DNA of 61,372 bases, counting the filler, from Sphacelaria rigidula (lineage: Eukaryota), in the NCBI GenBank assembly GCA_964200075.2. It is 11 parts of 11 records of this genome, joined end to end, with 100 filler letters (N's around TTAATTAATTAA, not from the genome) between each part and the next. Parts side by side here need not be neighbours in the genome. Positions count along the whole stretch, not along the records: positions 11,179 to 16,667 come from CAXNAA020026913.1; positions 16,768 to 22,256 come from CAXNAA020026914.1; positions 22,357 to 27,845 come from CAXNAA020026915.1; 8 more parts are not named here. The stretch is one strand, 5' to 3'. Under the pieces are notes generated by a model. That model saw nothing but the letters and a program-made list of their open reading frames with translations. It was not told the origin of the DNA and ran no database searches. Positions 11,079-24,950 of this stretch are shown in pieces; the stretch's first letter is position 1; each line of letters starts with the position of its first letter. The translations under genes and the position numbers were made by a program.

Positions 11079-13114
11079 NNNNNNNNNNNNNNNNNNNNNN
11101 NNNNNNNNNNNNNNNNNNNNNNTTAATTAATTAANNNNNNNNNNNNNNNNNNNNNNNNNNNNNNNNNNNNNNNNNNNNAAAATGATGCCGATTCACAAAG
11201 ATTCACCAAACAAGAATCAGCACTTGCGTTCCCAAAGGGTTAACTGACCCCTCAGGGGTCCAGCCGTGGTGTCATGATAGACGGCCCCAAGAAAAACGAA
11301 ACTGAAACACGCTCTGAGGAAAAGAATGAACAGAAAAAAAAAGGGGGGTCGAACAGAACAACATAGCAGCAGACTAATAAGTCGTAACAAAAAAAAGGTA
11401 ATAAAAAAGTCAACACATATCGGCGACATTGGCGAAAACGATCCCAATCATGGGAGTTCCCAGCTCCTCCGTGTGCTCAGCGTTTGTCATTTGGTTGAAC
11501 ATGTAGGTTTCGCCTCTTTTAACCGGTCATTTTTTCTAGCGGTTGGCTACCGCGGCGGCATCACTCTCATACACTTTTTCATTTCCTTCACCTCCGCTCT
11601 CCCTGTACAAGTACCACTACTGCTCTGTGCGCATCCGTGTCATGTCCGCACTGTGCTCTACTTCTCCCATACAGTACCAGCTGGACCCGTCTGGATACGG
11701 ATTTTAGCTGCCACAGTCATATCTCATCGACGAGGACGAATTGGGCCGTGATGCACACCTCTTGATTATCGTCTAATCAAGGGACAGATGCCAATCTACT
11801 GAACAGCCCGGTCAGATGTTTTTTCGTTGATCGAAGTGCTATGTCGAGTGAATCCGGCGACGTGCGGAGATATCTCGATGCTGAAGTCTATACGACATCC
11901 AGTCACCATGTAATCAGCGGATGACACTGATTTTTGGTGTGAACATTTCTTGGGGCAAGGGAAGACGATCGATACCACCACTTTCACCTCATTCAGTATC
12001 TATAGAGAGATACGGTGATTTCAGTATATTATACAAAACTCGAGATATTACACAAATTACTCCCAGAAAAGCGGATTTTCCACTCCAGTTGTGATAGTTG
12101 TGCTTTGCAATTTGGTGTCAAGTATCGCAGAAAGAAATAAAGGGAAGGCATTCTCCACGTGAAATTCTTTCTTCTTCAACTCGATTCATGAAAAAGAGGA
12201 GAAAACGTCTCAACGTGTTCTCTCGACATCTTCCCTGGAGTTTCCTGTACCAATTTTCAAAGCACACACACCTCTCAGAGCTGAGGTAAGATATCCGCTT
12301 TCGAGCTTAATTGCGCTTCTAGGCTGGTCAACCTTGTTTCCAAGAATGGAGATCAATCGAGTTGACGAGCGTCAATTTCAGCGAACGAAACAGTGCTTCT
12401 CCAACGCCCACTCCATGCTATGTAAATAAGTGAATGGAAAAAGCTGGCATTGTGCAGACCGGAACATAGCGGCAGCTAAACCGAGAGGTTAACGCTGTGC
12501 AACACGGTACTGTACGGTGGGTGGTGTAGTTTCCTCCCCCTATTTCTTGCGTGTAATGCTACAGTACCGCTTCGGGCCGGTCGCATACTCTTGAAGGGAA
12601 CCAAGACAGCTAAAATAACCAGGGTAGTGTTGCACTCGAAGAGATGATTAATTCAGTGCACAACGCATTGAAATTGCTACACACACGTTACTTTCCGCAC
12701 AAACACTAGTATGGCTTCACCAACCCTTTTCTCACGAAACGGTGACTTGATCCTGCTTCGTTTCAATACTCGGTACAGTAGTCAGCTTCAGAAGTATGCA
12801 AAATTCGTAATTTCTTCGTTTCTCAAGGATTTTCCGAATTTGTTTCGCTTGCCACCGCTCATCACAAGCGACTGTTGGATGCCAAAAAATGGGCATCTGA
12901 AGATATTTTTATCTTTTTGACAAATATTGGAAGAAAAAATATCAGCCATCAATATATTGAGTGACTTGCGGGCTTGACCGATCTTTGGGGGTCCTGCGAA
13001 GGTGCAACCCCAGGTTCTAGCTTTTCGATATTTTCGGTGGACCGACTCGATACCGATCATGTAAGTGAACTCTCAAAAATGATTATTTTTCTATTTCACC
13101 TATTCACTGCGCTA

Positions 13115-13600
13115 GAGCCGGAAAACTGTGTTTCATAGACCATTCACGGTCAATAACACCCTCCTGATAAAGGGGGTCTTTACTCCGTATCGCCCCCACA
13201 ACACCAACTTGGGCATTGTGATTTGAGCATGGTCTGCTTATTTTGCCGAAGCTATCGACGCCAGCACTTTCGAGTGCTCATGGAGGATGTTATGCAAAAA
13301 AACCCCGAAAAGAGGCCATCCGCAGAAAATACTTGACTGCGGTCTGTGCAGCATAGGAGGGAAACACGATCTCGATCGTTATTGTGAAGAATTGTAGACG
13401 TATTAATTTATCTGAATATCTACCGTTTCGTTGCGGAAGAGCCGGAAAACTATTTCTGCTGGACCAAAAACGGTCAATAACACCCTCATGATGAACGGGG
13501 TATCTAGTCTGTATCGCCCCAAAACACCAATCCGGGCACTGCAGTTTGAGCGCGGCCTGCGCTTTCCCCTAAATCTATCGGCGCTAGCACTTTCAAGTAG
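13115..13600. repeat. Diverged direct duplication, ~325-bp period
   Basis: AGCCGGAAAACT...CGGTCAATAACACCCTC...GTATCGCCCC...AGCACTTTC occurs at ~13115 and ~13440. Confidence 0.7.
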
Positions 13601-14511
13601 TAATGAAGAATAATACTGGAGAAAAACTCAAGAACTACAACAACTACGGATTCTAAAAACTTCTGATGCTGCCCACTATACTCGATAGTAGGACACCTCC
13701 TTGGCCGCGAGGGTTGTTCATCTGGATTGTGCATACTGTTTTCGAGCGAACACTGAAGCCGATTCAACAGATGATCTACGCTCGCCGTCAAGGGGCTACC
13801 AACCCCTATCCTAAAAAGAGATGTTACCTCCTCCAATCTACTGCAAAGAGAGCGGTGCACGCGAGTGAACGAGGGAAAAATGAAGGATATCTGCAAAGTG
13901 AGGAAGAGATACAAAATGCGGCATGACTTCTCGCAGAAACAAACGTTCTCGTCTCCATTCGCAGCTACAGTAGTGTCACGAAATGTTAACGCATGGGGTG
14001 AAAATGATCATGTGCGATAGAATTACTGCACCCCATCATCCATGGTGCGGGGAGCGCACTTACTCCGTCTAGAGAGGCTTTAAAGCTTTCTTTGGGGGGG
14101 GGGGGGGGGGCGGGGGGGGGGGGGGGGGGGGGGGGGAGTGGCTTCTTGTAGTCTGATTTTACTGCGGACATTCGGGCACGGTGTGGAAGTTACAGGTCGC
14201 GGTTGTACTATGAGATGCGTACTCGGTGACACTTCCGCGGTTAGCTTTCGAAACACGTACGGGTATATGTTTCCGGCAAATGTTACCCTCGCCCAGCTCG
14301 ATATGATCACTGTAAACACACATGAGTCCCTGTCTGTACGCCGCACACCCCGATATACACACGCATTGCTTGTTTCCTACGAGCATCTTACGTCGTAGTG
14401 ACGGGGTACCCACTACTGTAGTGTCTGTACAACTGTTTTGTACTCCCACGCACACCATGGACAACGCAACCCGACGACACCAACACCACCCCCAACACCC
14501 AAGAACCTCAC

Positions 14512-15016
14512 CGTCCTTGATAGCCTCATGCTGAGCCTCAAGCTTAGCGTGTTGCGCCCGCATAGCCGGGTCTTCGGCAGGGGGTGGCGGCGGTAGCGCC
14601 TCAGCCGCCGCAGCCGCCGCAGCCGCTGCCGAGGCCGCCGCTGCAGCCGCGGCCGCCGCCGCCGTTGCCGCCTTGGCCGCGGCAGCCTCCTCCGCCGCTT
14701 CCATCGCAGTGTCGTCAGGCGTCGCCGCTGAATCCCCGCCGGTGCCATCATTGCCCGGGGGTGGTACAGCCTCATCATCCTCATCCATACCGCTCAGGCC
14801 CTGGTCTACCGCTCCTGCCACTCCTGCTGTTGCTCCCGTTGCTGCTGCTGCCGCCGCTGGAGTGTCTGTGTCCGATGCGGTTTGAGGCGGCTTGGGCGTG
14901 GATGCTTTAGTTGGTGTTGCTGCAGGCGGAGCGGGTGCTGAGGAGAGGCTCAGGACAGCGTGCGCCGCCGCATCTGCATTCTCTGCGGCCCCGACGGCCG
15001 CCGACAGAACATCCAT
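14512..15016 (-). CDS. Exon of an Ala/Pro-rich, low-complexity protein (first or early exon; rest of gene not identified)
   Basis: GC-rich ORF MDVLSAAVG...AKLEAQHEAIKDG ending at a G|GTGAGG donor. A possible upstream acceptor (CTGAC..CAG) near 15045 could extend the exon. Confidence 0.7.
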
Positions 15017-18000
15017 ATTGTTTTGGTGATGATGTGCTTTCAACGCTGGCGTCAGTGGTAGCAGTAGTGCTTGTCAGGTATCTTCAGGAGTCGCTGGATG
15101 CTGGGTTTTTTTGCAGCTCAAAACATGGGTTCAGTGCATTCGACGTTGCAGGTTGTTCGCGTGCATCTTTTGAGGTCGTTTCCCAATTCCTGTCAATTAG
15201 TTATTTTCCAACACAAAAAAAATGCGCGAAATTTGTCAATTGTAAATTGTTCCAAGATTATCCCAGGCAGTTAGTTCTCAGCGTGCACCCCCCCACACAC
15301 AGAAACACGCAGCATATATCTGATAGAAGCTGCAGCAGCCCTACAGTACCGTATTACCGTGCAGCATAGAGGATCACATATGACTGACATTAAAGGAAAA
15401 TCTCAGGCCCTACTGGAGGCTGCACGTGAAGCCAACGTCAAGCTTCCCAAGGTGTGTTGTGGTATATATGTCTCGCAAGTGTTTATCCCTCGTTTTAGGA
15501 GGAAACTGTTCATGTGACACATTCAAAATTGAAATGAAAAGCACGGAAACAAGCAGATGTCTGCCGCGAATGTAAGCGATACCTCGATACAGCATCGGAC
15601 GCACAGTACTGTAGTAGTGTTGACTCCACGCCATGCCTGCCATGAAACCAAAGCATGTGCTATGCCGTTCTGCAGTTGCGAGAGTCGCATCTATGGTGCT
15701 GCCTTTTACCGTCCACCAGGCATCCATCCCAAACGCCAAGCGAGTTTACAGCCAGCCAGCTTGACTTCTGAAAATTGCCTGCTGTAGGTGCTGGTTTGTT
15801 CCAACTCAAATTTCGACAAACATGAACGGACAACAGGTATAATAGGACAACAGACATGTCATATTATAGACATGCTGACCATAAATTAATTGTGGTAAAT
15901 TACTGCTGTATTGCAGATTTTCGGCTTCCTGTCACCCGTTGTTTGCGTTATCGTCACCGTTGCAGGAGACATGGGTGGTCACAGAAATAATTTGAGCTGG
16001 GCAAGAGAGTCGGTGCACTTATTTCTTAGGCATGACTTGTTGATGGACAGACTTGGCGCGGTTTGCATGTCCCTTCTCCCGTTGAAACATGTATGTCTGC
16101 AAGTCGTTCGTCCAGAGAATCTGAACAAACACATGACTGCAGACATTTTGTGGTACAGACGACAGTGCGGTAGCAGTAGACACGAGCAGCGTGCATGGTT
16201 ATGCGTCGATTTCACAACTGGTGTGACAGGGACCTGTGACTTACACTGTTTCCAACGTGCTCCAAGGGCTTCACGCTTCATGCCCCGTGGCTCTTTCACG
16301 CATATCTGTCTTACCCTAGTCCTCAAGAGACAACCAGACGACCTTAAAAGTTACCCTTAATGCGAGCTGGACCAGCCTAGAGACGAATTTGTAGTTTGCA
16401 GGCCCATTCGCCGGCCAATATTTAGAGTTGGATACTGTTGGACACTAAAATTTGGCATGGACAATGAGTAGGATAAAATGCAGGAAACACCCGTCCACTC
16501 CAAGATTCCTTTTTTTCCGATCACTAAACGGCATTTCACTGATATCTGAAAATTGATTATTGGCTTTAACTCGTGAAAAAAGAAAACTCCTTGTACTCGA
16601 GCAGGAACTGATTCCAGTACAAGTAGGTCTCCTGTGGTTCAATCGGTCTCATACGGATCTTTCGTAGNNNNNNNNNNNNNNNNNNNNNNNNNNNNNNNNN
16701 NNNNNNNNNNNTTAATTAATTAANNNNNNNNNNNNNNNNNNNNNNNNNNNNNNNNNNNNNNNNNNNNCCACATGGGGGGTCCCCCCCTACAAAGCGGGGA
16801 CGGAGCACGCCGGGTTCTCGCCGGACCAGGGTATGTCCAGGGGGTGGGTGGGGGGTTCTGATATTATTTTCCCGTGGCAGGAGGGATAATTTACACTTTA
16901 CATTCAAGGCTACACTTTTCACTTTACAGTCGGTTTCGTTCCCAGCAAAACCGAAGCAGAGCAGCCACTTAGTAGAAGTTATTTGTGGAGAGGGAAATGG
17001 AGACGGATACGAGCTGAAGCACAGGGCTCCCAGGATGTATGGTACAACAACGCACTAACGCGAGACGATGTGCTTGTTTTCTTCCCTTTTCTGTGGTCAT
17101 CACGTGTCTTTTTTGAGGGGGCGTGTAGTAAAAAGCCTAGAGGGAGGCATGAAAAAAGAAGGGAAAAAAAGCGCTGTTAGGGTTCACCACAACAGGAAAA
17201 TATAACAAACGTACGCGTGTGCTTGTTGTGCGGTTATCAGGAGGAGCTAGTTGATGTTGAGCTCTTCTTTGCAACAGTTATCGATCGTGCTATACTACGA
17301 AAAGCACAGGGGAGGTGACATATCTCTTGCGTGTCGCGTATGCTGCACTTCAGTTGAAGGTAGTAATGCTGTCTCAGTGAATTGTGATCGGGCGTACGGT
17401 GCGGCATCGGTGAACGTTGTCGCAAAACCGCGAAACTACACCAAAACGTGTTGGCCACGGCCACGAGTTTGCGCTGGGGAGGGCCGCTAAATAATACACC
17501 GTACTCACTGTACACGAGGACATGAGCCCCCCACACACAAGCTGTAAAAAGCCGCCCCCATAAATTGTTGGCAAGACGCAGCGTACGCGTGACTCTCAGT
17601 AGCGCAGAACTGGACTCAGCAAACATACCCGCGACATTCACACAGAGTGCAGTTCTTCGCTTTACGTCACGCACGCAAAAAAGATGGGCATAACAACGCA
17701 TAGAGCAGCACGGACAAAAATGTGCAGCGCATGTATTCTGCCCTTGTTCCAATGAAATGGAGGGTTTAGGTTGACATCGTTCGAAACGTTCAAAATACTA
17801 GGTAGAACAAACAGCAATACCCGCAGTCACCTCATTCCCAGCCAAGAAACCACGATTTCCACATGAAATCTTCATCGGCCCATCAGCTGTTTGCATGAGA
17901 TTTTGACGGGCCAACACCCGCCGACTAATGCACATCTCACTGGGGGGTGGGGGGGGGTGACGACGACGACGACGACTTGCTTGTAGGGGACGAAGTGACC

Positions 18001-18287
18001 ACCAGTGATACAGATGATTTTAGTCGGTTGTTTGAGCGGCTTGAACATTGTCAAATTGGATCCTGATTTCGGATGAAATGGACGTGAAAATTCCCGCGCC
18101 TGCCGTTTTAACCACGTGAAAAATGCCCTGCGTTCTCAAAAAAAGTATCCTGTACACGACATGGACGACCACCGCACGCGAAGGGAGTCGGGCATGTATC
18201 TAGATGTTTGCCACTTGCAGCAGCACCATCCCACACGTCTCGCGGGGGCAAGCGGAAACGGCCTTTTACACCCAGACTCGGTCTCAC

Positions 18288-19493
18288 CTCCACTTCATAC
18301 GGATATTGCACCGTCTCCACCGCACCACCACCACCACTACCGCCACCAAGGCCACCACTCCTTGCCACCACCTCCGCCCCCCCCTGCCCATCGTCTGCTG
18401 AGCCCTTTTTCTTTTTCTTCTTCTTCCTCTCCTTGTTCGCCTTCTTGTTTGACCTACTCTGTTCGGTCTCCTCCGCTTCCATTGCCTCCTTCCCCTTCTT
18501 TGTTGTCACCGCCGTAGCCCCTGCTACATGATCGTCGGACGCAACAGTCGTCAACACCACCACCCCGTCGCCCCCGCCCCCCGTGTCGAACACTCCCACC
18601 TGCACCAGCTCACCAAACGCGTCTCTGTCTGCGGAGAAGACTCGCTTGCGACTGTCGACGAGATACATTGCGCCCTGATGCATTACTCCCTCGAGGGCGC
18701 CGCTGCTGCCGCTACCGTCATCGCCGTCGGCTTCACCGTGGCCCCGTGTTTCGTCCTCTGCGGTGCCGCTGCTGATGCTGATGGCTTGGGCGGGTTTTCT
18801 TTGGGGCGATGAGGTTGAGGCTCGTTTCCGCTGGTGTTTATCATTTTGCCGTCGGCGTTGCTTTTTCTCGTGCTCTTCGGTAGACTGTTGACTTGTACTA
18901 TTGTCTCTCTTCTTCCTCCCCTTCTCCTTCCGCGTACCATCCGTTGTAGGACCTCCTACGTTACGGCCGATAGCACCAGCAGATACTATCGTGGACGCCG
19001 CGTTGTACTCTGCTGCCTTTGATGTGCACGACAGTCGGGACCCTGTCATAGCTGCTGTCTGCGCCGCCTCCGCCTCCGCCTCCGACGCCTCCGCCGCCGG
19101 GGCTTTCCCTGAGACCAACGAACCATCAACGTCCGTCGTTTCAATTACTTTACTTCCTCCCTCTCTCGATTTCCTCGCCGTTTTGATTTTCTTAGTTAGC
19201 CAGGCGCCACCACTATCCTCCCCTCCCACACCCTCGCTGTATCCTTCCCTTCCTCGAGAGCTGTGACTGCTACGACTGCTCGGCGGGAATCCTGCCTCAG
19301 AGCCGCCTCGATCTTCCTCGGTGATTTTCTTCTTGCGCTTCTTTTGGCCAGAGCTCTTTCTTCCTAAAGAGCAGCCTTGCTTCTCCTGTGCCGCACCCAT
19401 CATATTCTCTTCGCTTCGGCGTTGAACGTCAGCTGTCAATTTCCTTTTCTTGCGTTTCTTCTTGTCGGAGTTCTTCCTTCCTGAAGGAGCGTC

Positions 19494-19528
<35 letters not shown>

Positions 19529-19709
19529 CTGTAGCCGTGTCGCCTTGGCATCGAGAAGCACCAGGTTCTCCTGATAATTTTCCTGCTGCGTCAACAGTAA
19601 CACCCACCGCATGTTGTTCAATATCCGGGCATGCCTGTGTCACGATCTGGTTAGCCTCGCGTGACGCATCCCCCACCTCGCAGCCGCGTTTGCCCTTCCT
19701 CTTTGCCAT
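18288..19709 (-). CDS. First exon (474 codons) of a Lys/Arg-rich, probably nuclear or nucleolar protein of unknown function
   Basis: Long ORF from ATG (MAKRKGK) with several basic NLS-like tracts and poly-Q; ends ...QYPYEVE|GTGAGA donor in phase 0. Confidence 0.8.
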
Positions 19710-20295
19710 CTTCGATGCTGTTGAATCCGTGGCCAAGCCGCAAGTTTGTCAACACCTGATATCTGCCCTACTACCGCGGCATTCACTAACGCATTTACTT
19801 CTCTGTGGGCTCATCAACGAACGGCGCCCTACGACTGTACAGCGCAGTCAGTGCAGTGCAGTGCAGTGCAGAATAGTAATGTGCAGTACAGGAGCCGTAC
19901 AATATATCACTCCCACTGCGCTGGGTACGGCGCGGTACGGTACCGTACGACACGGCACGGTCAGCTACCTTGCGTGCTGAGTGGATGTGCTTTTTGTGCA
20001 GTCTGTCGATGTCGTAATGCAGACTGACGAGCGAGACTGCTGTATCATATCATCCTATCCTAGTGTCTTACCGCTGGAAAAGCATAGCAGGATCCCAGTG
20101 TACCCGACTACATGTACGCAGCTTGCGTACAGCACTTCCGTGCGGTAGCCAATCTGGGCAATGATTTTATTCATAGTTTTTCTTTATCACGCTAGATCAT
20201 TGGGTCTTCGTACCCGTTACTTTGACAAAGGTCAAGGTTCAAAGAGCTGGGGTCAACTTTCTCGGTCGGGTAGCTACTCACCAGCCACGTGCACG
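19710..20295. promoter_or_regulatory. Putative bidirectional promoter / 5' UTR region between divergent genes
   Basis: 586 bp between two divergent ATGs; contains (CAGTG)n and CGGTA/CGGCA-type pentamer repeats. Confidence 0.55.
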
Positions 20296-20499
20296 ATGTC
20301 GATACGCGAGGGCGCCTGGCAAAGCAAGAATGACCATAGCTTTATTCTGCGATCGCTCAAAAGAAATGGGCGACGGATAGACGGCAGACAAAAAAATGAC
20401 ATGCGGTTGCTTCGAATGGTCTTTGCTCGTGCGGAGGGGCAGGCTAGCTGCGAGGTCCAACTAGGAAGGACGCGTGTGCTTGCGGTTGTCAAGAGTGAG
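20296..20499 (+). CDS. RRP45: Exosome complex component RRP45/EXOSC9 (RNase PH family), first coding exon
   Basis: SKNDHSFILRSLKRNGRRIDGRQKNDMRLLRMVF...CEVQLGRTRVLAVVKSE matches the RRP45 N-terminus pattern (S..E..F+L.A+....RLDGR...+.R.+.+.F....C.V.LG.TRVL..V..E); donor GAG|GTACGT. Confidence 0.85.
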
Positions 20500-22633
20500 G
20501 TACGTGGGAAAAGGAAAAGAGACGAAGAGAGTCGGAGAGAGGGAAAAAAAGAAAAAGAGGAGAGGGGCGGAAGGTGGAGGGGGCGAGAGAGCGGGGTGTA
20601 GGTGGGTCCGGTCCTTGCCTTGGTAAATTCCTGTCTGAAATTGTGGTTGCGGTGGCGTTGTGCTTTCCATCTGTGGCGAATAACCGACAGTCCCGCCAGC
20701 CCAATGTGAAAGGATCATGCCCGATCTGGACGGTCGATCTCATGTATGCCTACCGGCGTATACTACCAGGGTATGCTTATGCTCCCGGGTGAATGGTGCG
20801 GTTCTTATTGTCCACGAATCTGCGGAATGTTGAGTCGTGGTTTTCGTGCATCCAATACCGATGCGTTGTCTCCAGCAGTACAGCAGTTCAACCTTGTGGT
20901 CGGGTGCTGCCGATCTGTGTACAAGGGTTGTCTCTGGCTGTGACAGTCCCGTCTCATGGTTTTCCCTACTCAACGCATGCCGTGTGTAGCTTTGTCTGAT
21001 GTCGCTCGCCCGTTGGTGGTGGTGACTATCGAGGTGCAGGGTGATCACAGGTTGGGATAGGGGTTGAGGGGTTGGGGTGTCGCGTCTGCATGGGTTGTTG
21101 GAAAGCCTGATGTCCTTCTCGTGCGATGTTCAATGTTCGGTGTAACTTGAGTTGTTACCGACCAGAGCCTCGGATCACGAACACTTCATGAACAACAGTA
21201 ATAAAGTATTTGTATGGCTTACTGTGACGATAGCGGACAGTCCCGCAGGTACACCCACGCTTTCAAGTTCCTGACTGGTTGAGGTGGGCGGAAACGCTCG
21301 CTCGTCGCTGTTCAGAATGATTTGTGGGCATAATATCTACTGTGAAAAATATGCCTTCGTATGCTGCGGTGCGAATGTTGCGTTCAGTGGTCCGTGAGTC
21401 GACTTGCGCAAGTCTGTGTAGAATGGTTCGGTTGTCAACGGTTGTGCAATTCCTGTCTATATCTTGTAGGTTGTTTGGGGCGAGTTGACAACACCAATGT
21501 ACTACCTCTCTGATTGGCAATATGAGGTCGACTCAGACAATTTGCGTAATATGTGCAAGGGCAGGTCGAGTGGAGTATACTCAACTGCGGGGTATTTTGA
21601 AGGACGTACTTCAGGCATCAAACTAGGGTAGTGTTGGGAGTCGTACCCATAAAATAACTGGAAAGCGATTCCTAAGACCCACTTTTATGGCAAACGAATC
21701 TCGATTTTTTGGGACCCCGATTTTGAAAAAATCGGGGGGACTCAAATTCGTGAACTCAAAATCGGGGGGACCATTTTATCGCACAGACGGTACAGTATCA
21801 CAGATTTGTGAAACGCTTCTGTACACAGACGGTCATTTTTTGCATGAGTGTCGTACTGCGTTCTTGTGCATAAAGCCGAAGAGTAGGCAGGCGGTAAACA
21901 ACCCTTCGAGTACAGTGTCGTAGCTTGATACCCTAGGGTAAATACAGTGGAGGACACTTCATCAGTACATCACATGATAATGTCTTGTGATAGTACATGA
22001 TGGCACAGTCGGTATTGCGAGAACAGAGAACAGTGCGCGAGCAGAGCTCAAAAGTGCAATGCCGCACATCACCCCTCAAGCACAGCGACAACAGCTAGGA
22101 GAGTACAGTAGCGTTCGTTATAGTGATACATATGGCAGCGCAGCGCAGTATAAAATACTACTATCGCCTTAGGGTGTGGCGTCAGCACTTATTATCCGCT
22201 TGTCAAACCCCGTGCGAGGTTGCTTCAGCAGCTGGGGGCGGCAGTACGCACGCCCTNNNNNNNNNNNNNNNNNNNNNNNNNNNNNNNNNNNNNNNNNNNN
22301 TTAATTAATTAANNNNNNNNNNNNNNNNNNNNNNNNNNNNNNNNNNNNNNNNNNNNGAGATCAATGGTCTGATAAGTATGGCATGCATGATCATGAGTAC
22401 CCCCCCCCTCCCCACAAATATCTGATTTCCGTTGTTGCAAGCGAGAGGACGTACGTGAGTGATAGAAGGCGCCCGTTTTACTGAGTTCGTTAGACGACAG
22501 TCGACGCGGTGCGGGAGTAGTGCTGGTCCAATCCACGATATCAAACTATCAGGCATGTACTGGTTAGGGAAAAGATGGGTTGACACCCCTTGAGACCACG
22601 GACGCGTCTCGAGGACGGGAAGGGCTTAAATGA

Positions 22634-23044
<411 letters not shown>

Positions 23045-24453
23045 TGAAAAGCTGAGCTTGGGAAACGAAAACATGAAGATCATACTGTTTATAGTCAGCT
23101 GGTGGCCGTCTGGCGTAGATTATAGAGAACCAGTCTCAGCTCTCGGGTTCTTTCGTCGTGTGGTTTGGATCACAGAGAAACAGTCACAGCTATCGGCTTA
23201 GCCTGTGGACACTAGGGTTTTTGACCTCTTGACCGCGAGTATAGGTCATTTGTTGATCAGCATCAACTTCATTTTGAAATTTACTGCGTGACCAGATGAC
23301 CTACCGTCGCGGTGAACGGATTAGGCAATGACATCTGCGACCGTTCTGGCCAGGATTTGTTTTGTGCCGTTGTAGAGCGTCGTATGCGCGTGTGCGTGTG
23401 TGTACGTCCCGCCATGGCATGAGTGTATCAAATGGATTATGACTGTTTCATCTACTGCAGCAACACGCGGACTACCGGGCGAACACCCGTTGTGGAGCCA
23501 AAGCCGTGCAAAGTACTGTCCAAGTAGTGCTGGTCGATTCTTGCTCTGGGATGTTTCCATCGCATTGGTAGCTTCATCACCGAATTGTTGAAGTAGTGCG
23601 TCGTCCGGTGGAAATGCAGGTATAACATGCGAAAAGTCAGCGAGAATGTTCACCGTCGCTGACATGGACACATTGAGATACATGTTTATTTTTTGTTCCG
23701 CGCAGGCGGTATCCTCCCCAGAAGGTACTGCTGTTGACCCCCGAAATCTTTTCTGACCCCACTCGAGCCCAAGTAAAAGGAAGGTTGTCTGTATGCCAGG
23801 ATTTTGGAACACACGGATGCCCCCTCAGTGAAAACCCCTCGCTACCCTTTCGTGGTGGGAGTTTTTGACTCTGGCTTTTGTCAGTATCATTGCCCTTGCC
23901 GGGAAAATCCCCTTCAACAGTATGAGGGTTAGGTACGGGAGTAGTGACACGAACCAGAGTCACGATCCAAAGGATCATGATCCAAATGGCCATGATCCAA
24001 ATGACGATCTCGTGGGGGAGGGAGTTGGGAAAGTCACGTTACAGACAGTTTGTGCGAGAAGGTTACGTGTGTGTGTGTGTGTGTGTGTGTGTTGTGTATA
24101 AATTCCATGACGTTGTGCACTGAAGTGCCCGAACTTCCTCTATATTTTCATGTAAAATAAAGCACGAGTGGTAGCGCCCATACTGAGGCCTACGATCTAT
24201 GTTATAATCGCCACACGGCAGACAGACATACACTTGTACAGAAGAACGAGAACAAACCTACTCAACAACATCATAACCTCAGACGCTCACCGATACATAA
24301 CGTCGCCTCTGTCGTGAAGACCCCCCCCCCCCCCCCCAAAACTCCCCCCCCCCTTTTTTTCACTTGTCTTCCCCCCAAAACCCCCGCGCAGCGGCCCCAC
24401 CCACCATTCCTTTCCCCTTCCGTGTTTGCTGGGATCTGACGTGGTCTCGACAG

Positions 24454-24504
24454 GTGGCGGAAAAGATGAAGCATGGTCAGCTGGTGGACGCCAGCACAGT
24501 CCTG
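24454..24504 (+). CDS. Adenylate/UMP-CMP kinase family domain, exon B
   Basis: CTGAC branch site and CAG acceptor; VAEKMKHGQLVDASTVL (GxLV motif); GTGAGT donor; in phase with exons A and C. Confidence 0.9.
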
Positions 24505-24775
24505 GTGAGTCACCAACCAACGTTGCCTTCTAGCGGACAGGATGTTCCAGTGAAAAATTAGTGCGTCACATTCTTTGTTGGGGGAGGGAGGCTTACTCAT
24601 TAGTTGCTTACCTTAGTCGTTTGACCATTGACCACGCATCCCTTTCGAGACGGAGCACCGTTTCTTTGTTGGGGAGGGAGGAGGGGAAGCGGAAGGAGGA
24701 TGTGGGCGGGAAGAGAACGTGTACTCTTGTAGACTTCATTCAAGTTGATTTTTTGTGTCATTGAACATCTTCATA

Positions 24776-24950
24776 CTATTTTATTTTATTTTATTTTATG
24801 TTATTTTATTTTATGTTATTTTATTTTATTTTATGTTATGTTATGTTATTTTATGTTATTTTATGTTATTTTATGTTATTTTATGTTATTTTATGTTATT
24901 TTATGTTATTTTATTTTATGTTATTTTATTTTATGTTATTTTATTTTATT
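24776..24950. repeat. AT-rich (TTATT/TTATG)n microsatellite in intron
   Basis: Direct reading of the sequence. Confidence 0.95.

Noticed and set aside
18108..18287. C-terminal 59 codons of the 542-aa ORF
   Set aside because: They follow a strong GAG|GTGAGA donor and lose the coding-like composition; probably intron read-through.
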